64,000 bases of DNA from an uncultured delta proteobacterium. GTDB taxonomy: Bacteria; Myxococcota_A; Polyangia; Palsa-1104. Where the stretch lies: assembly GCA_963785725.1 (NCBI GenBank), contig CAWAWS010000018.1, positions 114,974 through 178,973 on the forward strand, written 5' to 3'. Shown piece by piece: positions 30,081 through 41,358 of the stretch. The translations under genes and the position numbers were made by a program. Under the pieces are notes generated by a model. That model had not been told where the DNA came from. It ran no database searches and saw nothing but the letters and a program-made list of their open reading frames with translations. Positions within the stretch are counted from its first letter, which is position 1; each line of letters begins with the position of its first letter.

Positions 30081-30536
30081 CTAGTCGGACGTGAGCGAAC
30101 GGGCGATCGCTTCCATGTCGGCGTGCTGGCCGCCCCATTCCTTCTTGCTGTAGTAGCGCTTCGTGCCGCGCGATGTGCCGGCGATGTCGAGGCAGAAGTC
30201 GAAGCCGTTCTCGTGGCACGGGCGCGCCTGCCAGCTCATGCGCTCGCGCTGATTGTTGTTGCCGAAGAGGAGGTCCAGGCTCGCGTCCTGCCGCGGCAGC
30301 AGGTGATAGTGGAACTCCTCCCACTGCCCGGTCCACACCGTGCGCGTGACGAAGCGCCCCACGGGATGCTCGCTCATCAGCCACATCGCGAGGAACTTCT
30401 CGTGTTTGTCGCGCGGCTCGTGATCGACCCAGAAGCGATCGTAGATGAGCTTGCTGTCGGGCGCGTCGTGCGTAAACGCCCGCCAGCCCATCGCGCTCAC
30501 CGTCGCCAACAAAACGATCAGCGTCAGCTTTTTCAT
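30081..30536 (-). CDS. Hypothetical exported protein
   Basis: MKKLTLIVLLA signal-like N-terminus; non-shadow amino-acid composition. Confidence 0.65.
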   Translation of the reverse strand: MKKLTLIVLLATVSAMGWRAFTHDAPDSKLIYDRFWVDHEPRDKHEKFLAMWLMSEHPVGRFVTRTVWTGQWEEFHYHLLPRQDASLDLLFGNNNQRERMSWQARPCHENGFDFCLDIAGTSRGTKRYYSKKEWGGQHADMEAIARSLTSD

Positions 30537-30639
30537 GCGGCGATTTTCGGTTCGGCGCGCGGCGATGTCAATGCGGCGAGACCGATCGACCCGCGAGCGC
30601 GCCACGTTGCGGCGTGGGCGCGTGCGCTCGGCGTGCGGG

Positions 30640-31755
30640 TCAGGCGAGGCGCGCGAGCGTCTTGTGCAGCTCGCTGGCGATATCCTCGACGAGCTCCGCG
30701 GCCGGCCGCACCGCGTTCATACGGCCGACGATCTGACCGACCGCCGAGCCGAGCAGCTGCTTGGCCTGCGACGCCGGCGTGTGCGCCGCGTGATAGTGGA
30801 TGCGGTTGATCGCGTCCGACGTGCACATGAACTGCAGCGGCAGCGGCAACGTCCCCGGCGACTCCTTCGACTCCCACGCTTCGGTCCACGGCGTGCGCAG
30901 CTGCCGCGCCGGCTTGCCCGTCATCGCCCGCGAGCGCACCGTGTCACGCGACGTCGCCGTCAACAGCTTCTGCTTCACGACGTCCGGCGTCAGCTGATTC
31001 TCCGCCGTCGTCAGCCAGATCGATCCCGTCCACGCGCCGTCGGCGCCGAGCGCCAACGCCGCCGCCAGCTGCCGCCCCGAGCCGATGCCGCCCGCCGCCA
31101 ACACCGGCACCGGCGCCACCGCGTCGACGACCTCGGGCACGAGCACCATCGTGCTCACGTCGCCGGTGTGACCGCCCGCTTCCGTGCCTTGCGCGACGAT
31201 GATGTCGACGCCCGACGCCACCTGCTTCTGCGCGTGGCGCACGCTGCCGGCCAGCGCCGCGACGAGCACGCCCTTGTCGTGCGCGCTCTTGATGACGTCG
31301 TCCGGTGGCGGTCCGAGCGCATTGGCGAGCAGCTTGATCGGATGTTGCAGCGCGATCTCGACCTGCGCTCGCGACAGCGCGTTCACCCACGACGGCAGAT
31401 CCGAATAGGGCCGCACACCCTCCGGCAGCGGCGGCACGCCGTAACGCTCGAGCAGCTGATCGACGAAGCGCCGCTGCGCCTCCGGGATCATATTCTGCAG
31501 GGCGCCGTGGTCGAAGTCGCCTTCGGTCGGCGCCACCGTCGACGCCGGCATGACCACGTCGACGCCGTACGGCCGCCCGTCGATGTGCGCGTCGATCCAG
31601 TCGAGATGCGCCGCCAACTCCTCGGGCGAGAAGGCGATGGCGCCGAGCACGCCCATGCCGCCGGCGCGACTGACGGCGACCACGACCTCGCGCGAGCCGG
31701 TGAACGCGAACAGCGGCAGCCGCAGCCCGAACTTCTCGGCCAGCTGGCTCTTCAT
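30640..31755 (-). CDS. Nitronate monooxygenase/FabK-family flavoprotein
   Basis: VSRAGGMGVLG, AQGTEAGGHTG, VLAAGGIGSG; last gene of the side-chain operon. Confidence 0.87.
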   Translation of the reverse strand: MKSQLAEKFGLRLPLFAFTGSREVVVAVSRAGGMGVLGAIAFSPEELAAHLDWIDAHIDGRPYGVDVVMPASTVAPTEGDFDHGALQNMIPEAQRRFVDQLLERYGVPPLPEGVRPYSDLPSWVNALSRAQVEIALQHPIKLLANALGPPPDDVIKSAHDKGVLVAALAGSVRHAQKQVASGVDIIVAQGTEAGGHTGDVSTMVLVPEVVDAVAPVPVLAAGGIGSGRQLAAALALGADGAWTGSIWLTTAENQLTPDVVKQKLLTATSRDTVRSRAMTGKPARQLRTPWTEAWESKESPGTLPLPLQFMCTSDAINRIHYHAAHTPASQAKQLLGSAVGQIVGRMNAVRPAAELVEDIASELHKTLARLA

Positions 31756-32801
31756 CGCGACTGCTCGGCCATCGCGTAGCCGAGGCGCGCGATCTGGCGT
31801 TGTGCGCCGCCGAGCTCGAGCTCGATGCGCTTGGCCGCGAGGAAGTAGCGGTAGAGCGGGTAGCTGCGATCGAAGCCGATGCCGGCGTGGAGGTGCTGCG
31901 CGGCGGCGGCGACGCGCGCGCCGGCTTCGGCGGCCCAGATAGGCGGCGACGTTGACCGCGGCGGCCGCGCCATCGGCGTTCGTCTCCAGCCGAAACACCG
32001 CCGACCACACCGCCAGCGCAGCGACTCGACGTCGACGTGCATGTCGGCCGCGCGCTGACCGACCGCCTGAAAGAGGCCGATGGGCTTGCCGAACTGTTGG
32101 CGGCGCAGGCAGTGCTCGGCCGTCATCTCCAGCTGCTTCTCGGCCACGCCCAGCTCGAACGCGCAGAACGCCAGCGTCAGACGGGCGAGCGTCCATTCGA
32201 GCGCCGCCGCGCCGCCGCTCAATTGCTCGCCGCGCGCGCCGTCGAGCGTCACTTGGAAGACCTGGCTGTCGTCGGTGGCGCGGCCCGATTCGCGGCGCAC
32301 GCCGGCTTGGTCGCGCGCGACCAAATAGAGCGCCGGCGAGCCGTCATGGCGCGCCGACACAATCATGAACGGCGCGCGATCGAGGGCGCCGACGGCGACT
32401 TTGACGCCGTGCAGCTTGCCGTCGGCGTCGGCGCGTGTCGCCGGCTTCTCGGGCTCGCCGCCGTGCTCGTTCAGCGCCAGCGCGATCGCTTCGGCTGCCG
32501 TCGTGGACGCGCGCCAGCTGCGGCATCTGCTCGGGCGATCCGTATTTGCGCCAGCGCCATCGACGCGACGATCGCCGGCACCAGCTCCACCGGCGCCGCC
32601 GCGCGTCCCGCCTGTTGCAGCACGAGCGCCAATTCCACGAGGCCCAGCCCCGCGCCGCCATGCTCGACCGGCAGCGTCGTGCCCAAGAGGCCGGCGCGGC
32701 CCAGCTCGGTCCAGACCTCGCTCGCCGCCGCTGCGGCCGTCGCTGCTTTTTGCGCCAGCTGCTTCAGCTGCGTCTTGATCGCCGTCGAACGCGAAGTCCA
32801 T
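31752..32801 (-). CDS. Acyl-CoA dehydrogenase FadE27/ChsE5-like; several compensating frameshifts
   Basis: MDFAF, RQQFGKPIGLFQAVGQRAAD, QHLHAGIGFDRSYPLYRYF; segments switch frames near 32775, 32550, 32500, 32015 and 31940. Confidence 0.78.
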   Translation of the reverse strand: MDFAFDGDQDAAEAAGAKSSDGRSGGERGLDRAGPRRPLGHDAAGRAWRRGAGPRGIGARAATGGTRGGAGGAGAGDRRVDGAGANTDRPSRCRSWRASTTAAEAIALALNEHGGEPEKPATRADADGKLHGVKVAVGALDRAPFMIVSARHDGSPALYLVARDQAGVRRESGRATDDSQVFQVTLDGARGEQLSGGAAALEWTLARLTLAFCAFELGVAEKQLEMTAEHCLRRQQFGKPIGLFQAVGQRAADMHVDVESLRWRCGRRCFGWRRTPMARPPRSTSPPIWAAEAGARVAAAAQHLHAGIGFDRSYPLYRYFLAAKRIELELGGAQRQIARLGYAMAEQSR

Positions 32802-32809
32802 CGCAGCTC

Positions 32810-33986
32810 CTAATACGGCGCGCGCGGGATACCCAGCGCCGCCATGCAGATGATGTCGCGCTGCACCTCGTTGGTGCCGCCGCCGAAGGTCAAGACCAGC
32901 GTCGAGCGGTAATAACGCTCGATGCGTCCGCGCAAGGGAGCGCCGGCCGCGCCGCGCGTCAAGATGCCGGCCACGCCGAGCACCTCGAGCAGCAGCCGAT
33001 AGGCCTCGACGTACAGCTCGCTGCCGTAGATCTTCACCGTCGATGCTTCGGCCGGCGACAGCGCGTTGCGATCGATGCTGCACGCCTGCTTCCAGTTCAT
33101 CAGCTTCAAGATCTCGACCTTGGCGTGCACTTTGCCGAGCACCGACTGCACGTACGGCCGATCGATGACGCGCCCGTTGTCGCAGTCGCGCGTCTCGGCC
33201 GCCCATTGCCGCGTCTCTTCCAGCGCGCGCATGACCATCCCCGGCGAGAACAGCGCCACGCGCTCGTGATTGAGCTGCGAGGTGATGATCTTCCAGCCTT
33301 GGTTCACCTCGCCGACGAGGTTCGCCCGCGGCACGCGCACGTCTTCGTAATAGGTCGTGCACAGCTCGTTGTCGCCGAGCACCGGCGTCGGCGTCATCGA
33401 CAGGCCCTTGGACTTGGCGTCGACGATGAGGAGCGAGATGCCCTTGTGCTTGGGCGCGTCGGGATTGGTGCGCACGGCCAACCAGATGTAATCGGCGTGC
33501 AGCGCCAGGCTCGTGAACACCTTTTGGCCGTTGACGACGTAATCATCGCCGTCGATGACCGCGCTCGTCTTGAGCGACGCGAGATCGGTGCCCGCTTCCG
33601 GCTCGGTGTAGCCGATCGAAAAATGCAGCTCGCCGCGCAGAATCGGCGGCAGATACTTGGCGCGCTGCTCGGCGTTGCCGAAGCTTCATGATCGTCGGCC
33701 CGACCGTATTGAGCGTCAAGAGCGGAATGGGAAAGCCGGCGCGCTGCACCTCATCGAAGAAGATGAACTGCTCGAGCGGCGGCCGACCTTGCCCGCCGTA
33801 CTCCTTCGGCCAGCCGGCGCCGAGCCAGCCGTCCTTGCCCATCTGCGTGAGCGCGCGGCGATATTGCGGCCCGCCGCCTTCGGAATGGCCGAGCTCCTCT
33901 TCGAGCTCGGGCGTCATCAAACGCGCAAAGTAGTCGCGCAGCTCGCGCTGCAGCTGCTTCTGTTCCGGCGTGTAGTCGATGTACAT
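32810..33986 (-). CDS. Acyl-CoA dehydrogenase FadE26/FadE29 (ChsE4-like); +1 frameshift near 33685
   Basis: MYIDYTPEQKQLQRELRDYF, LTLNTVGPTIM, LITSQLNHER-like segment, VLTFGGGTNEVQRDII. Confidence 0.83.
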
Positions 33987-33988
33987 CG

Positions 33989-36272
33989 CTATTTCTTCTC
34001 CGCCTGCTGCGCGAACCATTGTCCGTCGATCAAGATGAAGAGCCCTTCGGCCTCGGCGACGACGACGTCGGCGGCGCGGCAGCGACCGCGCACGAAGCTC
34101 TTGCGCCCGTCGATGCGCTCGACCCTGGCGTCGAACTGCAGCTCGACTTGCAGCGGCGTCGGCTTGCGATAGTGCACGGTCAGGCTGCCGGTCAAGGCCG
34201 GCATGCTGCGCAAGATGCCGAGGTAGCCGAACAGCTGATCGAACGCCGCGGCGACGAAGCCGCCGTGCGCGACGCCGGGCGCGCCGCCGAACTGCATGCC
34301 GAACGTCAGGCTCGCGCGCGCCACTTCTTCGCCGGCCGGACCTTCGCCCCAGAGCTTCATCGGCGGCGAGATCGGATTGGAGTGTCCGACGAGCGGAATG
34401 CGATCCATGAACACGCCTTGATGCGTGGCGTAGTTGCCTTCGCGAATGCCTTGCATCGACGTCTTCGTCGGCAATTCGCGCAGCCGACCGGCAATACGCT
34501 CGAGCTCGCCCGCCGCTTGATCGATGAGCGGCGCCTGCTTGTCGTCGAGGACGTCGAGGGTCACGCAGCGCTCGACCAGCTCGCGCACGGCGCGCGCCAG
34601 CCGACGATCGGCGCCCCACGCGCCCGTCGGCGCGACGTCGAACAGCTGCCACGCCGCCGCCATCGGCCGCGTGCTGTCGCTGCCGGCGGCCTTGCGCGAC
34701 GTCGCCTCGGTCTTGGCCCAGCGATAATCGGGCTTGCCGCTCGGGTGACGCGACATTTGCCCGACCAAATGCAGCTCGCGCGGCACTTTGTAGCCGGCGA
34801 TGAGCGGCCGCAAGTGCGCGTCGATCTCCGCCAGCGACGGCCGCTTGCCGTCGCGCGCCTGCACCAGCGCCGCGACGCGCTCGCCCCAACGCTCATCGGG
34901 CACGCCAACGACGACGGCGTCGAGGACGTCGGGATGCGCCTTCAACGCCTCTTCGACCTCTTCGGGGAAGATCTTTTCGCCGCCGGAGTTGATGCAGACG
35001 GCGCCGCGGCCGAGGACGGTGATGCTGCCATCCTCTTCGACGACCGCCAAATCGCCGGGCATGACCCAGCGCTGGCCGTCTTTGACGAAGAACGTGGCCG
35101 CGGTCTTCTCGGGGTCATTGTAGTAGCCGAGCGGGATGTGGCCGCGGCGCGCGACCTTGCCCATGATGCCGCTGCCGGCCGCGATCGGCTGGTGATTCTC
35201 GTCGAGGACGGCGGTGGAGTCGTCGAAGTAGAAGCGCGGCCGCGCGCCCATCTCGCCGCCGGCGTTGCCTTGATGGCCGGTCTCGGAGGCGCCGAAGTTG
35301 TTGAGCAGCATGACGTCGGGCAGCCGCGCCGCGATCACTTCCTGCACGGCGCGCGAGAAGATGGCGCCCGCCGACGCGATGACGATGAGCGACGACGTGT
35401 CGAGGTCGGGCTGCGCCGCCAGCGCCTCGCCGAGCGGCCGCGCCATCGCGTCGCCGACGAGCGTCAGCGTGTTCACGCCGCTCCTCGGCGATGAGGCGCG
35501 TGACCTGAGCCGCGTCGAAGCCGGGGCCGGGCGAGACGACGACCTTGCCGCCGTTGTTGAGGCAGATGAACGCCGCCCACTGCGCTGCGCCGTGAATGAA
35601 CGGCGCCGCCGGCAAGAAGGTGAGCGACTTGTCGCCCGACAGCGCCAGCGCCGGCAGCTCGGCCGGCGACGTGAGCGGCTCGCCGCCGGGATTGCCGCCT
35701 TGCAGACCGGCGTAGAAGACGTCCTCGTGGCGCCACATCACGCCGCGCGGCATGCCGGTCGTGCCGCCGGTGTAGATGATGTACAAGTCGTCGCTCGAGC
35801 GGCGCGGGAAATCGCGCACCGGCGACGCCGACGCCAGCGCCGCTTCGTAGTCGGGGCCGACGGCCAAGCGCAGCTTCAGCGTCGGCAGCTCGCTTTCGAT
35901 CGCGTCCACGCGCGGCGCCAGCTCCGGCTGATGCAAGAGCGCCACGAGATCGGCGTTGTGACACAGATAGCGCAGCTCGCCCGCGACGTAGCGATAGTTG
36001 ATGTTGATCGGCACCGCGCGCAGCTTGAACGCCGCCAGCACTGCTTCCAGATACTCGTGGCCGTTGTAGAGGTAGAGGCCGATGTGCTGCCCAGCCGTCA
36101 CGCCGCGCGATCGCAGATAATTCGCGAGGCGTGTCGAGCGCTCGTCGAGCTGCCGATAGGTGAGGCGCACCGGCCCGGCGATGAGCGCCTCGCGATCGGG
36201 CACGGCATCGGCCACCGACTCGAACAGGTCGGCCAGGTTGAACGACTGCGGAAGGTTCGTCAGCTCGCTCAT
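33989..36272 (-). CDS. fadD19: FadD19-like steroid-CoA ligase fused to a C-terminal PaaI/hot-dog thioesterase domain; +1 frameshift near 35480
   Basis: FNLADLFESVADAVPDRE, YTGGTTGMPRGVMWRHED, CINSGGEKIFPEEVE, SGKPDYRWAK, then GAPGVAHGGFVAAAFD and LTVHYRKPTPL. Confidence 0.8.
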
Positions 36273-37429
36273 GCGCGCGGCTCGCTTCCGACGATCCACA
36301 TGGCGAAGTATTGCGAGCCGCCGCCGTAGGCGTGGCCCATGGCGACTTTGGCGCCGGCGACTTGGTGCTCGCCGGCCAGGCCGCGAACCTGCTGCGCGGC
36401 CTCGGCGAAGCGAATGAGCCCCGAGGCGCCGATCGGATTCGACGACATGACGCCGCCCGACGGGTTGATGGGCAAGTCGCCGTCGAGCGCGGTCACGCCG
36501 TCTTGCGTCAGGCGCCAGCCATCGTTCAGCGCGCAGAAGCCGAGACTCTCGAGCCACATCGGCTCGAACCACGAGAACGGCACGTACAGCTCGGCGACGT
36601 CGATCTGCTCGCGCGGGTTGGTGATGCCCGCTTGCGCGTACAGGTCCTTGGCGCAGTCGCGGCTGGCCTGCGGGTTGACGAGGTTGCGGCCGGAGAACAT
36701 CGTCGGCTCCGAGCGCATCGCGCCGCCGAGAATCCAGGCCGGCGGCTTGTGCGCGCGCTTGGCGCCCGCCTCGTCGGCGATGACGACCGCGCAGGCGCCG
36801 TCCGACGACGGGCAGGTCTCGAGATAGCGCACCGGATCCCACAACATCGGCGACTTCTTCACCGTCTCCAGGCTGATGTCGGGCAGTTGCAGATGCGCGT
36901 AGGGATTCTTGAGCGCGTTCAGCCGATCTTTGACGGCCACGAGCATGCCCACCTCTTCGGGCGCGCCCGAGCGCTTGAGGTAGGCGCGAATGATGGGCGC
37001 GAAGTAGCCGCCGGCGCCGGCCACGAGCGGCGGCTGAAACGGCATCTTCGGCGACAGCGCCCACATCGCGTCCGACTCCGACTGCTTCTCGAACGCGACG
37101 GCCAAGACGCGCTTGTGCACGCCCGCCTGCACCGCGTGCGCGGCCACGAGCCCCGTCGAGCCGCCGACCGAGCCGGCGGTGTGCACGCGCAGCATCGGCT
37201 TGCCGGCGGCGCCGAGCGCGTCGGCCAAGTACAGCTCCGGCATCATGACGCCTTCGAACATGTCGGGCGCCTTGCCGATGACGACGGCGTCGATGTCGGC
37301 GAACGTCAGCTCGGCGTCTTCGAGCGCACGCAACGCCGCTTCACGCACGAGCCCGGCCAGCGACACGTCGCCGCGCTTCTGCGCATATTTCGTCTGCCCG
37401 ACGCCGATGACTGCTGCTCGTTCGCTCAC
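36269..37429 (-). CDS. ltp3: Thiolase-fold (SCPx-like) protein Ltp3
   Basis: GKAPDMFEGVMMPELYLADA, RVHTAGSVGGST, GHAYGGGSQYF. Confidence 0.88.
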   Translation of the reverse strand: MSERAAVIGVGQTKYAQKRGDVSLAGLVREAALRALEDAELTFADIDAVVIGKAPDMFEGVMMPELYLADALGAAGKPMLRVHTAGSVGGSTGLVAAHAVQAGVHKRVLAVAFEKQSESDAMWALSPKMPFQPPLVAGAGGYFAPIIRAYLKRSGAPEEVGMLVAVKDRLNALKNPYAHLQLPDISLETVKKSPMLWDPVRYLETCPSSDGACAVVIADEAGAKRAHKPPAWILGGAMRSEPTMFSGRNLVNPQASRDCAKDLYAQAGITNPREQIDVAELYVPFSWFEPMWLESLGFCALNDGWRLTQDGVTALDGDLPINPSGGVMSSNPIGASGLIRFAEAAQQVRGLAGEHQVAGAKVAMGHAYGGGSQYFAMWIVGSEPRA

Positions 37430-38445
37430 GACGCACCTTCCAGAACGGCAACGAGGTTTTGCTGCAGGCATGGGCCCGACGTCGCGTGCGCCAGCGTGCG
37501 CTTGGCGTCGCCGTCGTGAATGTGGCGCGCCGCGTGGCCGAGCCGCACCAAGCCGGCGACCATCAGCGGATTCGTCGCCAGCGCGCCGCCCGACGGATTG
37601 ACGTTCACGCTGTCGTCGAGCCCGAGCGCGTCGCGCACGATCAGCTCCTGCGACGAGAACGGCGCGTGCAGCTCGGCGATTTCGATGGGCGCGTTGCCGA
37701 CGCCGGCCTCTTTGCCGGCCCGTTCGGTCGACGGCGAGCGCGCCAGATCGCGCGCGCCCAACGAATGCGGCTCGATGCGATGGTCGATGCCGCGAATCCA
37801 CGCCGGCCGCTTGCACATCGACTGGGCGCGATCGCCCGCCGCCAACACGATCGCCGCCGCGCCGTCGGAGATCGGCGGGCAGTCATGCTTGCGCAGCGGC
37901 GACACCAGATAGGGCGAGTCGAGCAGCGCGCCGGCCGAGCCCAGCTTCTTGGCGCGCGCCGCGACGTTGGCGAAGTCGCGCTCGCCGTACTTGCCGCCGT
38001 CGAGGAGCGCGCGCGCTTGCAGCGCCGCCAGGCTGATCGGATCGGGCGACAGCGGCGCGAGATAATAGGGATCGAGCTGCGTCACCAGCACATCTTGCAA
38101 GTCGCCCAACGACGAGCGCCCGAACGCGTAGACGAGCGCCGTGTCGATGTCGCCGTGCTGCAGCCGCACCCACGCTTCGTACAGCGCCCACGCGCCGTCC
38201 ATCTCGACGTGCGACTCCTGAATCGGCGGCCACGCGCCGACGGCGTCGAGCGCCGCGACGAACGAGAACGGCATGCCGGTCAAGAAGTCGGACGAGCCCG
38301 AGATGCAAAACCCGATGGCGTGCCGATCGAGCTTGGCCGCGTCGAGCGCCGCCGTCACGACGTCCATGACCAGCTCGGCGTCATTGAGCTGCGTGCGCCG
38401 CACGAACGGCGTCTCGGCGTACGAAACAATCGCCACCGGCCGCAT
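37426..38445 (-). CDS. ltp4: Thiolase-fold protein Ltp4
   Basis: SGSSDFL, WPPIQESHVEMDGAWALYEAWV, AHATSGPCLQQNLV. Confidence 0.88.
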   Translation of the reverse strand: MRPVAIVSYAETPFVRRTQLNDAELVMDVVTAALDAAKLDRHAIGFCISGSSDFLTGMPFSFVAALDAVGAWPPIQESHVEMDGAWALYEAWVRLQHGDIDTALVYAFGRSSLGDLQDVLVTQLDPYYLAPLSPDPISLAALQARALLDGGKYGERDFANVAARAKKLGSAGALLDSPYLVSPLRKHDCPPISDGAAAIVLAAGDRAQSMCKRPAWIRGIDHRIEPHSLGARDLARSPSTERAGKEAGVGNAPIEIAELHAPFSSQELIVRDALGLDDSVNVNPSGGALATNPLMVAGLVRLGHAARHIHDGDAKRTLAHATSGPCLQQNLVAVLEGAS

Positions 38446-38927
38446 TACAAATGCTCCTTGTACGAGTCGTACGGCGCGTCGGGCTCGCCGGTGGGCTTGA
38501 AGTGATCGATGCTCTCGAGGCTCGGTCCCAAGGTCTCCGACCAGACCGCGCGAACGCGCAGCCCCATGCGGATCTCGTCGGCCGGCGCCTCTTGGATGAG
38601 GTGGAACAGCGTCGTGTCGGCGCCGTCGAGCATGATGGACGCGCAGGCATAAGGCAGCGGGCGCGCCTTGGCGTCGAAGTTGATGTTGATGATGCAGAAC
38701 GTCGTGACCGTGCCGGTGTCGGCCACCGGCACCTCCTCGTCGGTGGGCACGCCGCAGGTCGGGCAGGCGCCGCGCGGCGGCAACGTCACTTTGCGGCACA
38801 CCGGGCAGCGCTGGCCGAGCAGCTTCCCTTCGCTCAACGCGCGCAGGAAGCGCGAGCTGGCGCGGCCGGCGTTGACCGTGTAATGCAGCCGAATCGGCGC
38901 GACGAAGCCCTTGATGATGTCGCTCAC
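38445..38927 (-). CDS. DUF35 Zn-ribbon/OB-fold protein (C-terminal half of an Rv3521-like protein)
   Basis: CPVC...CPTC, GTVTTF, RMGLRVRAVW, FKPTGEPDA. Confidence 0.85.
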   Translation of the reverse strand: MSDIIKGFVAPIRLHYTVNAGRASSRFLRALSEGKLLGQRCPVCRKVTLPPRGACPTCGVPTDEEVPVADTGTVTTFCIININFDAKARPLPYACASIMLDGADTTLFHLIQEAPADEIRMGLRVRAVWSETLGPSLESIDHFKPTGEPDAPYDSYKEHL

Positions 38928-39367
38928 GAGCCGCTCTCCAGGTCGAAGCAGGCGAGGTCGCGAATGTGGCCGACGCGCTCGGCGGCGAACCGCGCCTTGA
39001 CGCGCACGCCCGACTTCATGCGCGCCGCCGAGCCGGCGTCGACGGCGTGCAGCATCGCCGTGTCGGCGCCGTCGAGCTTCACCAGCGCCCAGGCGAACGG
39101 TTTCTGCAGCGGGTGATTGGCGCGCGGCGTCTCCACCCACGCCCACGTCGTCACCACGCCCGTCGGCGGCAAGGTCACGAACTCGACGATGGGCTCGCCC
39201 GTCTCGTCATATTCGACGGCCGGCACGAGCACGCGGCCCGTCTTCGTGCGCACGCCTTCGATGCGCTCCTCTTTCAACGCCGCCAAAAACCGCCCGATGA
39301 TGGGACCGCACGAGCGGCGGTAGTCGTAGGAAAGTACATACGGCGCGGTCAGAATCTCGTCCGCCAT
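38924..39367 (-). CDS. DUF35 OB-fold protein (N-terminal half of an Rv3521-like protein)
   Basis: YRRSCGPIIGRFL, VLVPAVEYD, PFAWALVKLDGADTAMLH. Confidence 0.82.
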   Translation of the reverse strand: MADEILTAPYVLSYDYRRSCGPIIGRFLAALKEERIEGVRTKTGRVLVPAVEYDETGEPIVEFVTLPPTGVVTTWAWVETPRANHPLQKPFAWALVKLDGADTAMLHAVDAGSAARMKSGVRVKARFAAERVGHIRDLACFDLESGS

Positions 39368-39384
39368 GACGCGCTCCTAAAGGA

Positions 39385-40882
39385 TCAGTCGTCGAACAAC
39401 AGGTTGAGGTACGGCTTGTCGCTGTAGTCGGTCGCTTCGCCGATGTGGATGTGCTTGAGCTGCTGGAATTCGGCGAGCCCGTAAGGTCCGAGCTCGCGGC
39501 CGAAGCCCGATCTGCTTGTAGCCGCCGAACGGGAAACGCACGCTGATCAAGTGGTAGTCGTTGATCCAGATGGTGCCGGCGTCGATGCGGTCGGCGAGCT
39601 TGCGCGCGCGCTCGATGTCGCGTGACCAGACGGCGCCGCCGAGTCCGTACATCGTGTCGTTGGCGACGCGGATTGCCTCTTCGTCGTCCGCCACTTTGAT
39701 GATGGAGACGACCGGTCCGAAGATCTCTTCGCGCGCAATCTTCATTTCATTGCGCACATTGATAAATATTGTCGGTTCGTAGAAGTATCCGTTCGGCAGG
39801 TCGCTCGGACGCTTGCCGCCGGTGACGACGGTGGCGCCCTCTTCACGGCCGGCGTGGACGTAGCGCTCCGAGTTGTCGCGCTGCTGCGCCGAGACCAGCG
39901 GCCCGAGCGACGTCGCGAAGTCCATCGGGTCGCCGACCTTGAGCGAGCGCGCGCCGGCGATCATCTTCTCGACGAATTCGTCGTGGATCTTGGCGTTGAC
40001 GAGGATGCGCGTGCCCGATTCGCACACTTGGCCCGAGTGGAAGAAGGTGCCGAACAGGGCGCCGCGCACGGCACAATCGATGTTCGCGTCTTCGAGGATC
40101 AGGTTGGGCGACTTGCCGCCGAGCTCGAGCGTCAGCTTCTTCAGCGTCGGCGCCGCCAGCTCCATGATGCGCTTGCCGACGTTGGTCGAGCCGGTGAAGG
40201 CGACCTTGTCGACCGCTCTGTGCGTGACCAGCGCTTCGCCGAGCGCCGCGCCCGGCCCGCACAAGACGTTGACGACGCCCGGCGGCACGCCCGCTTCCGA
40301 GCACAGGGCCGCGATCATCAGCGTCGTCACCGGCGTGTACGGCGACGGCTTGACGATGATGCTGTTGCCGGCCGCGATCGCGGGCGCGATCTTCCACGCG
40401 GCCGCCGCCATCGGAAAGTTGAACGGCGTGATGCACGCGCACACGCCGAGCGGCTCGCGCTTGACGATGTTGCGGCTGTTGACCGGGACGTTCTCTTCGA
40501 ACTCGTCCTCGTCCGGCGTCGACGCCACGAGGTCGCCGTAATACTGGAACGTCTGCGCCGTCGCCGGAATGTCGGCGACGTTGGCTTTGCGCAGGGTGCC
40601 GCCCGAGTCGGTCACTTCGGCGACGGCGAACTCCTCGGCGCGCTCGAGCAGCAGCTCGGCGACCTTGCCCAAGATCGCGCCGCGCTCTTGGCCCGACATG
40701 CGGCGCCACGGACCGTGGTCGAACGAGCGTCGCGCCGCCGCGACGGCGAGCTCGACATCGGCCGGCCCGGCCGCGGCGACATGCGCCCACGGCTCGCCGG
40801 TCGCAGGATTGATCGTCGCTTGCAGCCCGCCGTCGGCCGCCGACTGCCATTGTCCGTCGATGAACAGCCCGAAGTCCTTCAT
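39385..40882 (-). CDS. Aldehyde dehydrogenase; +1 frameshift near 39505
   Basis: FTGST, LELGGKSP, GQVC, EEIFGPV, PFGGYK; true C-terminus GRELG...HIHIG in a shifted frame. Confidence 0.9.
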
Positions 40883-40970
40883 CGCCACCGTCCTCCAAAG
40901 GCGCACAAATCCCGTCGCGCCTGCCGAAGCAGCGCGTTGCCGTCGCTCGAGATGTGCAGTCGCGTTGCGG

Positions 40971-41309
40971 TTACTTCTTGGGCGGGAAAATCGCTTGCAT
41001 CTTCTGCGCGAGCAGCACGTTGCCGGTGACCTTGAGCTGGCCTTTCATGAACGCCATCGCGCCATTGAGCTGCCCATTGGCCATCTTGACGTACTCTTCG
41101 CCCTTCATCTTCAAGGTCGCAGTCGGCTTTTCGTGCGGCCCTTCGGCGACCGTCATCTTGCCGTGGTCGACGGTGACGTGATAGGTGCCGCCGTCGTCGC
41201 CGGCGAGCTCGAACTGGAACACCGCTGAGATCTTCTCGGCCGCCTCGGGCTTGAAGCGCTCGCCGAGCGTATCGAAGTACTCCTTCACCGTCTTGACCTG
41301 CTCGACCAT
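40971..41309 (-). CDS. Stand-alone SCP2 sterol-binding domain protein
   Basis: FQFELAG, ATLKM, GQLNGAMAFMKGQLKVTGN. Confidence 0.88.
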   Translation of the reverse strand: MVEQVKTVKEYFDTLGERFKPEAAEKISAVFQFELAGDDGGTYHVTVDHGKMTVAEGPHEKPTATLKMKGEEYVKMANGQLNGAMAFMKGQLKVTGNVLLAQKMQAIFPPKK

Positions 41310-41358
41310 GACCGCCTCCTCAGTGTCCGAAAAAGCAACCGAACGACGATGTCAACAA

